From Lepidodermella squamata (lineage: Eukaryota > Animalia > Gastrotricha): a stretch of 64,000 nt of DNA. A program made the position numbers and the translations under genes. The notes beneath the pieces were generated by a model. The model ran no database searches, was not told the DNA's origin, and saw only the letters and a list, made by a program, of their open reading frames with translations. How positions within the stretch are numbered: position 1 is the stretch's first letter; each line of letters opens with the position of its first letter. The DNA is taken from contig JBLDXI010000036.1 in assembly GCA_047495785.1 (NCBI GenBank), positions 372,001-436,000 of the forward strand, written 5' to 3'. Below are positions 11,701 through 20,960 of this stretch, piece by piece.

Positions 11701-11994
11701 GCCCCGCAACACCGTCCAGCCTCGTCACCCGAGAAAAATCAATCAAGCGTGACGACGCCTGAAAAGTCCTCTACTAGCGTCACCTCCGACAGAAACTACT
11801 CGCTCAATAAGTCAGATCTTGACGCTACGGTCGTACATCAGCCGTATAACCTTCGCACGCGAGTAACTTTCGCCAACCCCGTTGTTCAAACATCGCCGAA
11901 ATCCGGCAAGGCACACACTCGAAGAACACAAATCACCAAAATTTCGAGAAAGAAACAATCGTCAAACAATACAGATTCTTCTCCTACTGTATAG
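8740..11994 (+). CDS. pol: Pol C-terminal part: RT, RNase H, integrase (HHCC, DDE, GPY) plus long S/T/P-rich tail
   Basis: RMPFG, YFDD, TDASG, NYSSCERE, H..CH...CAVC, DVAGP, DNA..F, GHCE, YKGPY. Confidence 0.93.
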   Translation, partial: RMPFGAQTAPAYWNRLLTFCMTGLLGRIVATYFDDILVFSPNKEQHFHDLRVVLERMRKMNLKIKGSKCQLFRRSITYLGHTISQDGLSIFRDRVSKVQNFPVPTTVSELRAFTSLAGYYRRFIKNFAMIAAPLYELQRKNNFHWSKDAENAFNELKKALISPPCLAFPQFDKKFILSTDASGSGLGYVLEQDQDDGTRRPVAFGSRNLTKAERNYSSCEREVLAVLYGLKQIKPYISPGLNSITTDVITDAAALRTLNTWKDTGGRLSNYLMILQQYPLNIITRRGSTHANADAMSRMPDRATPLPASINAMTSDLTFDDDVVVDENAYHEGDPFRSLTPCGVNLTRDVLISAQAADRRCRSKKRRLRHNQKQRSKYFIAPDGLLCRYYPASESGYQIVVPENLIVTVLHAMHDEKCHFGVERTLSTLKDRFYFRNYEEITAEYVKSCAVCQIRDHPVKHPHAPMEPILSHDVNELLTWDVAGPYPTSRHGMRYILIISDHFSGFTLWEPIPDIKSETVIEKLLDWIYIFGSPRALLNDNARYFISKLIEDVTDAFAIRRIKSSAYHQQTNGHCEHLNLVMNNCIAKYVVPGQHLDWCRFVKACCSGYNSSHHSTHRHPPAYLMLGHMPKLAMDWQCSAEKPASQPKTQNELRENHAYGLYDKLRRAFDDVRTRFQLARAREKERYDRSSGNCEPFDIGDLVYLHVPSNRPDVIPKFASRYKGPYSVVARVSPVTYAIRFFDLSGRDILAHRNRLKLAWLRDFPTADRYSQAQQSARSSAKSATKLAAPPGAAAPASTAPRPPAAAASPLPDLRQTLSRQVVHEPTRNNNFTTGGYILRSSKRPTSASSGTTTATSTSTTPTTTTASTTPSTATSPTTTPTTPPVPRRRTPSTSELPETPPRMPSPPIITGPAPSTSDEDNRHSSMSAPSNIDHFSPIITSTPAHKFRMQNTGHLTASPGFHRRPTPFQFGMDLVSLVPPVQPQSVAPQHRPASSPEKNQSSVTTPEKSSTSVTSDRNYSLNKSDLDATVVHQPYNLRTRVTFANPVVQTSPKSGKAHTRRTQITKISRKKQSSNNTDSSPTV

Positions 11995-12075
11995 ATTTTA
12001 TTTGAGCGAAAAATTTAATCAACCATTTATTCGAACTGTAAATACTTCTTGATATTTACTCATTAACGAATCTCG

Positions 12076-14202
12076 ATGTCGCTTACTGGCCTTCGCCTGT
12101 GGCTTGCCGTAGCCACACTCGCCGCTTCGCTAATTTCTTCAGCCAGCGCTACTCGTTCAAAACGGCAAATCGAACTTAACACGGACGCTTTCACTTCTGA
12201 CCACGTGATTTTCCCGCAAGCATTGCTCAAAGGCACTAAGAAACAGCTGGTCTACATGTTCGACGACGTGATTTTAACCGCCTTGAATATGCAAGTTGAG
12301 TTTCAGAAGCCGAAATTTATTCGCCAATTTTATCCGGAGGAAGTTCAACACGTACTCGATTTCTGGGAGGAAACTGGGACATCGCTCGCTCCGTCGCCTT
12401 GGGACAAATTGAAATCATGTGCCGCCTATCTCGGAAAATGGTGTACGCCGATACCGCCGTTCGGATTCTCAGAGTTCGACTGTTTGTCGCAGTGGGCCAC
12501 TCAGTGCCAGCCGTCGACCGCGAAGCTGACCGCCTCGTCGACAGTGACTGGGAAACGATACCGCGCCAGGCGTGACTTAGACTGGATCTGCTCCTCGATA
12601 GTTCTACGTGGCATCAACGAACTATTCTCACACAACGGTTGCTCGACCACTGACGAAAATACGAAGAAAGCCCTCTACGCAGCGACGGCTGCTTTAAAAG
12701 AGGATGAGACTCAAATCAGAAAGATTGGCAACGCCACAATGCTGCTGGCGAAACAAACCCACCGGCTAGGACAACGTCTGCAAGCCGTGGAAGATGTGCT
12801 CATAAATTTGACCAGCGAATACACCAGCGATCGGCAGAAGTGGCACAACTTCAATAAACTGACTGCTTTTCACTTCACAAAGCAGGCAGCGATGCGTGAC
12901 CAGTTCGCGCATGTCGAACGCATCCGAGTAGGCATAAACGATGGCTCGTTCGGTACCTATGAAATGACCGAGGCCATGGCGACTAAAATCATCCGCCAGC
13001 TACAAATCTCACCCAGGCACAACGAAACGGTCAAATTACTAACCCAGGGTGTCCCATTGTTTGTCTCGGCCTGGATGTCCATCACCGGCGCCGATCAACC
13101 CGATGCCATCGACGTTACAATTCGAGCGAAACTTCCGATAATAAGAAACTCGGTCTGCAACATCATCGCGTTGTCCCCGATCAGCTTGCTTGGCAACCGC
13201 AGCTGTTTAACGGCCCCGCGATCTGTCTACATCGGCATGTCCGCCATCCAATGCTCAGACCAGCCCGTCCGCTTATTTCCTACCAGCTGTCTCGACGCCT
13301 GCACCACAATTTCACCCCACAAAATCGTCTGCCCACTTGAATTCTGCGATATTTCCACGACACCAGACTGGCTACAACAGACCGGCCTCGTCGCTGATTC
13401 CGAGCACGCCTTAGCTCTCGACCCCGTTATCAGCTCGAAAGCCGAGTTCAACTGGTGCGAACAAGCCAGCGATGTTGTGCGACTCAACCACAGCTCGTTC
13501 CTCCTTCAAAAACCGGCGACTGTCTCACTCTGGCGCGTTAATGGCACCGCCAGAAAACAAATTTTTAGCCGAAAATATTCGCAAAGTGGCCACATTTTCC
13601 ACCTCTCTTGCAACCACATCATTAAAATTGGCGACCTCGAATTACACCCATCGGCCTTTGAATGCGACGAGGATCTGCGCCAAGAGATACTAACGGTCAC
13701 CGAGTCGGGTCGATTAAAGCTACTTGACCCCAATACCAGCGACTACCCGACCCAACACAGCAAAAATATCGATAAAATCGTCGCCAGCCTTAAGGATTCA
13801 ACCATGCGTGACGAGTTCAACCGGAATGATGCTACAACACTGCGGCTCGTCGAAAATATCAGCGCCAGCTCGGCCCAATTAGGTCTCTTCACGCAGCTGA
13901 TGAGTATCTACGTTGGACAAATCGGCTCCTCCAACGACACCCACTCAGCGCTGCTATCGATTCTCCCAACCGGAGCGAATTCTCTCATACTGACACTGAA
14001 CACCGTCGCAATCATTTACCTCATCTGCAATAGAAATCGCCCTCCAAATCCGCTCCAAATCCAGACAATAATGCCGACACTTCAAGTCCCAACCGCCCCA
14101 CAACCGCCAGGATACGAAACACCGCCAACGGCCATTCCGCTCGACAAAGCCAATGAAGCGGAACCAAAACCACAGCCGCGCAAAAAGCGCTTCTACTATT
14201 GA
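12076..14202 (+). CDS. env: Env-like class I fusion glycoprotein (708 aa)
   Basis: Signal peptide; RSKR and KRYRARR furin-type sites; heptad-like helix; Cys-rich ectodomain with N-x-S/T sites; C-terminal hydrophobic segment; located between pol and the 3' LTR. Confidence 0.8.
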   Translation: MSLTGLRLWLAVATLAASLISSASATRSKRQIELNTDAFTSDHVIFPQALLKGTKKQLVYMFDDVILTALNMQVEFQKPKFIRQFYPEEVQHVLDFWEETGTSLAPSPWDKLKSCAAYLGKWCTPIPPFGFSEFDCLSQWATQCQPSTAKLTASSTVTGKRYRARRDLDWICSSIVLRGINELFSHNGCSTTDENTKKALYAATAALKEDETQIRKIGNATMLLAKQTHRLGQRLQAVEDVLINLTSEYTSDRQKWHNFNKLTAFHFTKQAAMRDQFAHVERIRVGINDGSFGTYEMTEAMATKIIRQLQISPRHNETVKLLTQGVPLFVSAWMSITGADQPDAIDVTIRAKLPIIRNSVCNIIALSPISLLGNRSCLTAPRSVYIGMSAIQCSDQPVRLFPTSCLDACTTISPHKIVCPLEFCDISTTPDWLQQTGLVADSEHALALDPVISSKAEFNWCEQASDVVRLNHSSFLLQKPATVSLWRVNGTARKQIFSRKYSQSGHIFHLSCNHIIKIGDLELHPSAFECDEDLRQEILTVTESGRLKLLDPNTSDYPTQHSKNIDKIVASLKDSTMRDEFNRNDATTLRLVENISASSAQLGLFTQLMSIYVGQIGSSNDTHSALLSILPTGANSLILTLNTVAIIYLICNRNRPPNPLQIQTIMPTLQVPTAPQPPGYETPPTAIPLDKANEAEPKPQPRKKRFYY

Positions 14203-14354
14203 AAATCAAAATCACGAAGTTTGTATATATATTTACCAGTGATCGTATTTATTGTAAATTCTCTCACAATATCATTTTCGAATTTTTCTTTTGCCGTTAC
14301 ACTCCTTTCGCTTTTCCCGCTTTCCAGGAGTAAAGCACTATTTCACCTGAGGAA

Positions 14355-14549
14355 TGTGCTATGCGGACGCGCGACACGCAAGTCGAGCGCGATTGGTCCG
14401 CATACCAACCAATAAGCGGCCTGCGTGCCGCAGTATAAATACCGAAACACAATAACAATAAAATGAGGAGTTTTGGATCATTTCTGCCTGACTGTTATTT
14501 ACTCTTTATATCGAACCCGTGTGGTATCCGTACCGTGCCGGATATTACA
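14355..14549 (+). repeat. 3' LTR (195 bp)
   Basis: Copy of 5352-5546, preceded by a short purine run GAGGAA. Confidence 0.95.
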
Positions 14550-14689
14550 GTACTAAATGAAGACAATGACCAGGGAAACACTATTGGGACTATTGCTGCC
14601 CTTGGGAATCGGAATGACGACAAGTCTGAACATTCTCAACTAATAATGAGTATAAAATTCTATCGAAAAGTTATCGCGGTTTATTTGAA

Positions 14690-15046
14690 TCAGTTTTTGC
14701 TATAGACTACAGTTTTCTTATCGAGTGGTTGTTCAAGAGAAGGCGCACACTCCGCATATAGGTTGCACTGTGTTGAGCCGATAGTGATATCGAAGGCGGC
14801 GCACTGTTCCGTGGCCGAGCACAGTTGGGCGCAGTTTTCAGGCTTCGAAACGGCATAGCGACGGAATTGTGGCAACTTGCAGCGGTGACTCACAAGCGAG
14901 TAACTGGCAATGACCGGCTTTGAAAGATGACCTGAGTCGAATTTCGGAGGTGCGGCCTGATTTAAGCGACCCAAGGTGATTATTGTGGCTGCTATTAGGC
15001 ATAATACAATGATGACTGTGCACACGTCGTAAATTTTTGCCGGCAT
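14690..15046 (-). CDS. Small secreted or anchored PAN/apple-domain protein (118 aa, intronless)
   Basis: Hydrophobic N-terminus; C..CAQLC.....CAAF........CNLY PAN cysteine pattern; paralogs at 44037 and 59029. Confidence 0.8.
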   Translation of the reverse strand: MPAKIYDVCTVIIVLCLIAATIITLGRLNQAAPPKFDSGHLSKPVIASYSLVSHRCKLPQFRRYAVSKPENCAQLCSATEQCAAFDITIGSTQCNLYAECAPSLEQPLDKKTVVYSKN

Positions 15047-15572
15047 TATTATAGTAATTGAGCGATGATGGAAAAATGTAAATAATATATCAACGAATAC
15101 AAATTACTACTGCGAATGCTTTGTTGTTCCGTATTCGCAGTACTTTTCTGTGTTATCAGCTGTATTTTGATCTTTTTATCATCCGAAGAGACGAAGAATA
15201 TTATTACAGCGACTATTTTAACTGACAAAAATATATGTTTGGCTTGAATAGAATAGAACTTCACCTTTTGAATTGAGCAACTCGAACCTTCTTATTGGAT
15301 TTGAGTGACAATCATTTCCCTCAATTTTCCTGCATTAGTGAGTGCGACGTATTATCTCCGAGCTGGGGAATATTTTGGGGTAATTTTGGGGTAAAGGCCT
15401 CCCTGGGGTGTTTCCGTGTCTTCATCTCGGAACCTTGGAACCTTGGCATCTTTTTTTGGCCGGATTTTGCGGAGTCAAAGTCCAACTACGTGTTGCTCTG
15501 ATGGTCGATATGATAGCATCAATGGGATCAATGGGGCTTGGCAGCACGCGATTCTATCAATTGATTAATATA

Positions 15573-15749
15573 CAGTACTCCCTCGATAAAAGCACTGGGA
15601 GCCAGACCCGTTCTTTTAACAAGGGTGCCGTACATTACGAAAAAGCAAAAAATTGGCACCATGTGGGGCGCTAATCCTCTTCCGATCGTAAACAGCCCTC
15701 GATAAGGAAACGGTCTTATAAAAAGGTTGCCTTTAACGAGGGAGCACTG
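15573..15749. mobile_element. Nested Tc1/mariner-type MITE (CAGT...ACTG, TA TSD)
   Basis: TA|CAGTACTCCCTCG...CGAGGGAGCACTG|TA; empty site visible at about 8634; related copy at 58676. Confidence 0.85.
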
Positions 15750-15817
15750 TAGTATGAAAAAAATGACACCCACCAACCCGACCAGCCCCACTATCGCGAC
15801 CGACCCAGCAACAAGTA

Positions 15818-16261
15818 CCGTATTTACTTGAATAAAGGCCGCATTCCGAATAAAGGCCGCACGCGAATAATCACCGCAAAATTGTGTTGTGTCAAAAAAA
15901 CAATCGAAATAAAGGCCGCACGCGATTAATCAGCGCAGCTCTAACACGCGCGGCACAGCATCATCGCGAGAGGTGAAAATGTTTAATTATTTTTTTTCAA
16001 TTTTCAAATATTTTTTGTCGACGCCGAAGAAAATGCGAAAAATGACGCCGAAACCAATCCAAACGAAGAAGATGAAATCGAAATTGAGTGACAATAATGA
16101 AATAGACAAGTTACATTTGAAAAAAAATCGTTTTTTGGCTAAGAGAGGAAAATAAAGGCCGCACGCGAATAAAGACCGCACTCGATTAATCGCCGCGTTT
16201 TTTTACCTTTTCTGAAAAATTAGGAAAATAATCGCCGCGGCCTTTATTCAAGTAAATACGG
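15818..16261. mobile_element. Nested pogo/mariner-type MITE (25-bp perfect TIR, TA TSD)
   Basis: TA|CCGTATTTACTTGAATAAAGGCCGC...GCGGCCTTTATTCAAGTAAATACGG|TA; empty site at about 8702. Confidence 0.9.
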
Positions 16262-17045
16262 TAGTTCGACTTTGACACTGCATATCCAGACTAAGATCTT
16301 CTAACTCCCCGCCCCGCAACATCTCTTCCTGTATCCCACGCGGATTGCTCTCTGGGTAACCACGGCAATCCTCTCTAGAAAAACGAAAAATACGATTCAT
16401 AACGAAATTATAATTAAAATATCGCCATTGATGTAAGCATTGAGGCAATGCGCTCTAAAGACGTATTCAGCTAAAATGTCGACTATCCAATAGCCAAAAC
16501 AAATATACTTACTTTTGTTTTGAAAAGCACACTGTCATTTTTTTCATGATCTTAAATAGAAGCCTCACTGCCATTCTTTCTTCCATTACCATTATTTTAC
16601 TACTCGGAATAGCTTCTCAACACAATAATCGATCCAAAGACTGCGAACAAGTGCGGCTAAATAACAACCGATCGAGCGGAATTGAATGGCTCGAAAAAAT
16701 CTACTGAAATCTAGCAAATTTTCCAAATCCATTTAAGTGGTTGAAACGTCGTAATTTTTTTCTTAGTGGTGCAGTATAGGGTCCATCTTATCTTGCAACG
16801 TGAAAGAAATGTTGATGCCACGGAAGGAAACCAATCAACAAGCGGTTCGCGGAGAAATTTTAACATCAAGCAACGTCAGAAATTTCTCAAATTTCATGAT
16901 TTTGTTATTAATCATTAATCCAGCCGCGAAAACTTGAAAATTCTCTTGAAACCTTTAGCTTCAGTTCTCAGGCAATAGAGCTGCCTAGAAATTTAACAAT
17001 TTGGCAAGCAGCAAATGATTTTCTCGCCAAAGACATATCGCTATC

Positions 17046-17380
17046 ATGGGGCCTATGTATGGCGGCGGGACGAAACTGAGATCGGAGAACTCGAGGCAGC
17101 CAGACCCGTTGGACCGATTTCGAAACTACAACTGGACATCTCTAAATGAGTTCCGCGACTGGAACGCTTCCATTCATTTTGGTCAACGCGCCACGCCGGG
17201 TTTCAGGTGCCACTGTCGATACTTTCAAAAGCAGTATGTTTGCGGCCATTCGTTGGGCTTCGATTTTCAGGTTCTTAACCATCTGGGTCCAGTTGGAGCT
17301 TTCAAAGCTGGAAAGTCGCAACAAGCCCGGGCGTCCACCGAGAGACAAGCCAGCTTTAAAAGTTGACGTTCCAGCTGTGA
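17046..17380 (+). pseudogene. Remnant of a MULE-like transposase C-terminus (SWIM-type zinc finger)
   Basis: CHCRYFQKQYVCGHSLG followed, in another frame, by KPGRPPRDKPAL (AT-hook-like). Confidence 0.5.
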
Positions 17381-18618
17381 CACCGTTGCCTGGCTGGGAT
17401 GTAGACCAGGTTTCTCGCCTCGCTACGAGCAACACGCTGATCCTAAATTCACGTTGAGTTGAACATGTTTTCGAAACAGTTTTTCCGAGTTTCATTGACT
17501 TATATATGGCAATAATTATGGGGACTTAACTTAATTGCCGATGGTGAATCCTCATGAATCGAACTTCTGTCTAAAACGTTAAACCGAAACGCCTTGAATT
17601 CAAAACACAAACAGCCGTCAGAAATGTCGTGGTCTTTACTCTTCAACAATCGTCAATAACTGCCATGAACCTCCGGTTTGTTATCCTTGCTGCAGTCCGC
17701 CTATTTTTTCGCAACTCGAAAGTGTCTGCTTCTGGAAAGAAATTACGAAAAAGTGTACTTACGCCAATTTGGATTTTTTTTGTAATTATTTCGATTTTTC
17801 ACTAAGCCGTAGTCCATTAGTTCGAAGTTCGCAAAATTCGCGAAATTTGATAATACGGGATTGAAAAATCGATCAAGCACGCGACTTGGCAAAGGTGCGG
17901 AAAATTGACAAGGGCGTCGATACAGCGTTCCGAAGGTCCGAAAGTGCCATGTGCTTTTTCTATATTTTACAAGAAGCAAAAAAAATTAAGTTTTTGATTA
18001 TAAAATAACTAATATTTGTCGTGCATCTTGGAATTTTCTGTGGAAAACCGAAGCAGAACTTGAAGGTCGAAAATCGCGAAGCCCACGAGGCAGGAGTTAA
18101 TGGCAGAGACAAGACAAGACATAGTTCGAAATCACAGAATCGTTGCTATGACACCATCCTTGAATCTCGACAACGCCATCAAGCGAAGACAGGAGCCAAA
18201 CGGTCGTTGAATCGATATCGTGGCGCCTGCGACAAGCTGTCCATATTTTCCTAATATTTGAAGTCAAACATCATCGAGGCTGCCCCAACCCCCAACCCCC
18301 AACCGTGAACAAGGAGATGCGTAGCCATAATCAGTGAGCCGTCGGCAAATCGAGCGCGCAGGCCAGGGCGAGACCTTGAGCTTAAGGGCTGGATCTAGGA
18401 AATGCCGTCAATCATAATTTATTATTCGTTACATAGTGTGAGCAAGCCATTAGAAGGCGTTACGGGCTAATATTATCCATATAGTCCACATTGAAATCTG
18501 ATTTCATGGCTGCTACCCGCTACTTCTGAGACTTGGAAGTTTCGACTTTCACGTCTTAAAGTCAGCGGGTACTAGATGGTACCAGATTTCAAGGGGGATT
18601 ATTGGTGGACTGATCCAG

Positions 18619-18712
18619 ATTTTGCTACATACTACATTTTTCTTATAAAGTGGTTTTTCAAGGGAAGGCGCGCACTCCGCATATAGGTTGCACTTTGTCG
18701 AGCCGATAGCGA
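18619..18712 (-). pseudogene. PAN-gene 3' fragment
   Basis: IGSTKCNLYAECAPSLEKPLYKKNVVCSK matches the C-terminus of the 14690 ORF. Confidence 0.75.
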
Positions 18713-18842
18713 AATCTTTCTTCAAGGATTTGAGAAACAATCATTTCCCTCAATTTTCCAATATTAGTGTTCTCAAGCAGAATGCGATGTACGATGTATA
18801 ATCCCCGAGCTGGGGAATATTTTGGGGTAATTTTGGAGAGAG

Positions 18843-18936
18843 ACGGCGCAGAACAATGGGAACCAGTGCTATTGTTCAGGGTCGCACTCGGGCCGCCGGG
18901 CTCGGGCCGCGACCCCAATGCGTTCGGGACCCAACA
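18843..18936. mobile_element. Fragment of GC-rich TGT...ACA (Ginger-like) MITE
   Basis: Shares cggc.gagaacaatgggaaccag.gctattgttcag with 23075 and 59688; ends cccaaca. Confidence 0.55.
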
Positions 18937-19524
18937 TCGCTCGTAGGACACCTTGGTAAAATGACAGAAATTTGGCTGGGAATAGGTACAATTTTTTGAG
19001 CTGATAATAAATTGCTTTTTCAAATTGGTTTTTGATGGTAACCTAGCTTGAAATTGATAAAATCCCAGGTGAAATTTGAACTAAACGCGAGCAAAGCGAG
19101 GAAATGTTTAGAATTCGACACTGAAAAACGAAGTATAACATCGTAAACTTTCTTAAAAATGCATTCGAAATTCATTCTGGAGTTCTCGCTCTTAATTATG
19201 AAATTTCGATTAATCATTGCTTTTTGTAAATACCTAGCCAATTGCAATTGGTCAGTGTCTGATATTGATGAGACATTTGTATCGGGCCTTGGAATCAATT
19301 CAAATCCTGACCGCTCTCAAGTCTAGCTTCGGAACTACCCAAAGCCCGAGGTTAAAACAACTTTGCACTGGCATTGCACTCAATTTTATTGTAAAACCTC
19401 TCACCAATAGCTGACAATGCAAGCATGCTGCTCTCTCCTCATCTCACCCGGCAGCTTATTTTCAATCGCCTGTGACTCCAGCCTAATGCCGACCACAGAC
19501 TTCTCACCATTGCGTGGCCCAACT

Positions 19525-19812
19525 CTACCAGGCTGAGTGATCCTCCATCGCTTCGTACCTCGCTGCTTCCGCCGGTTGCGCTTCTTCACGGCCAGTTGAT
19601 CTGACGCACTTCAGAGAGCCGTCAGGATTTTTTTTATATTCACCCGGAGTACCATGACCAATTGCGCAGCGATCTCCTTCCTTTTTTTCTGCGACTGCCA
19701 TGAGAGAAACAGCGGCCTATGTGACAATGAAAAGTTGGGTTAAAAAGGGGATTTATAGCGTAAAGCGGCTTCTCACCAAAACGACGATCGCCAATGAAAG
19801 CTTAGTTGCCAT
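19525..19812 (-). CDS. Cys-loop peptide precursor copy C1 (75 aa, 2 exons)
   Basis: MATKLSLAIVVL|intron|AAVSLMAVA-EKKEGDRCAIGHGTPGEYKKNPDGSLKCVRSTGREEAQPAEAARYEAMEDHSAW*; minus-strand TATAAA near 19900. Confidence 0.7.
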
Positions 19813-20807
19813 GACTACTTAACAGTTCAAAGAAAATATTTTGACTTTATATTGAAGAAAGAAACTTGAATAATGAACTGAACAGAGTTAGGCTGCTTTA
19901 TAACCACTTTGCTTGTCATTCTGTGTCTACGTCAGCATTAAGGTAATTTGCTTGCATTGGCATTCTATTATGACGTGGGTGCCTAATGAATAAACAAGCA
20001 TGCACGTCACAGCAACGCGACTGATTCAACATATTGAAGAAATGATCAAACAATGATGGGAATTCGACAGTGGGACAAACGCAGACCGGCTAAAGAAAAA
20101 ATTGCCCATTCCACATGGCGAAATATCCCGGATCCCTGTTCGGTCGGAGTGCGATGATATCAGCATCGTTTGAGCGAATGCAAACAACCGCGGACCAGCA
20201 GGCTACAAATCTGCGGAAGCAAATATCTTCCTAGCTGTCCGTACAAAATCAACGTCGAAGAAAGGTGAAACGATATCACCAGATTCTGCGACAAGAACAG
20301 ATGGCAGTGTAAAGCCAAATAGCTGGGGAATTCCACATCAGCAATACGTGAAAAAGTTCGCTTCAAGCAGAGAATTACTTGCTGAACATTTCCAAGCCAG
20401 GGAGATGTACCGCTGCAAATTGTAACTTGGAATCATTTATTGAGCTAAAAATTAGGCTCGCAGACAACTCCGCTACCAGAAGGAAACTGGCGAACTGGAG
20501 ACTTGAAATCATCTGAAAAGTCTCAAACTCGGAAAAACTCTGGAACACAGTGAAATCCATTCCAAAGCAAGTCGAGATGCCGGCACATAATGATGAATGA
20601 TAAATGAACGATTGTGGCCTGATGGTTGATGATTGTCGAGTCGGTATTCTGCTGACAATTGGGGCCAGCACATCATTTTTAGGTATTTTCGGCCCGAATT
20701 TTTCGTACCCCCGTGGTATGCCGTGTGGATTTTTTCGGCTGGAGGGGCCTTCGGGCGAATATTTTCCGCTATCCGCTACTAAGCTCCCAAATATTTCGGT
20801 TTTTAGC

Positions 20808-20960
20808 AGTTTCTGATAATAAACTACAGTTTTCTTATCGATTGGTTGTTTAAGCGAAGGTTGCATTCAGGTTGATGTGACCTGATTCGAACGATCCAAG
20901 GCGATTATTGAGGCAAAATGCAATAATCACTGTGCTAACGCCATGAATTTTTGGCGGCAT
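20808..20960 (-). pseudogene. Internally deleted PAN gene (also 28622-28774 and 36538-36690)
   Basis: ATG and hydrophobic 5' part joined to QPSLKQPIDKKTVVY; PAN core missing; shared upstream block 21020-21100. Confidence 0.65.

Larger units (their letters stand above)
5352..14549 (+). mobile_element. Full-length Ty3/Gypsy LTR retrotransposon with env-like gene (endogenous retrovirus-like)
   Basis: Paired TG...CA LTRs, PBS, gag, PR-RT-RH-IN order, third ORF with signal peptide, furin site and TM segment. Confidence 0.97.
15447..16297. mobile_element. Second copy of the 8524-8738 MITE family, carrying two nested MITEs
   Basis: Same TIR core (gagtcaaagtccaactac / gtagttcgactttgacactgcatatccagacta) and same internal sequence. 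Confidence 0.85.
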
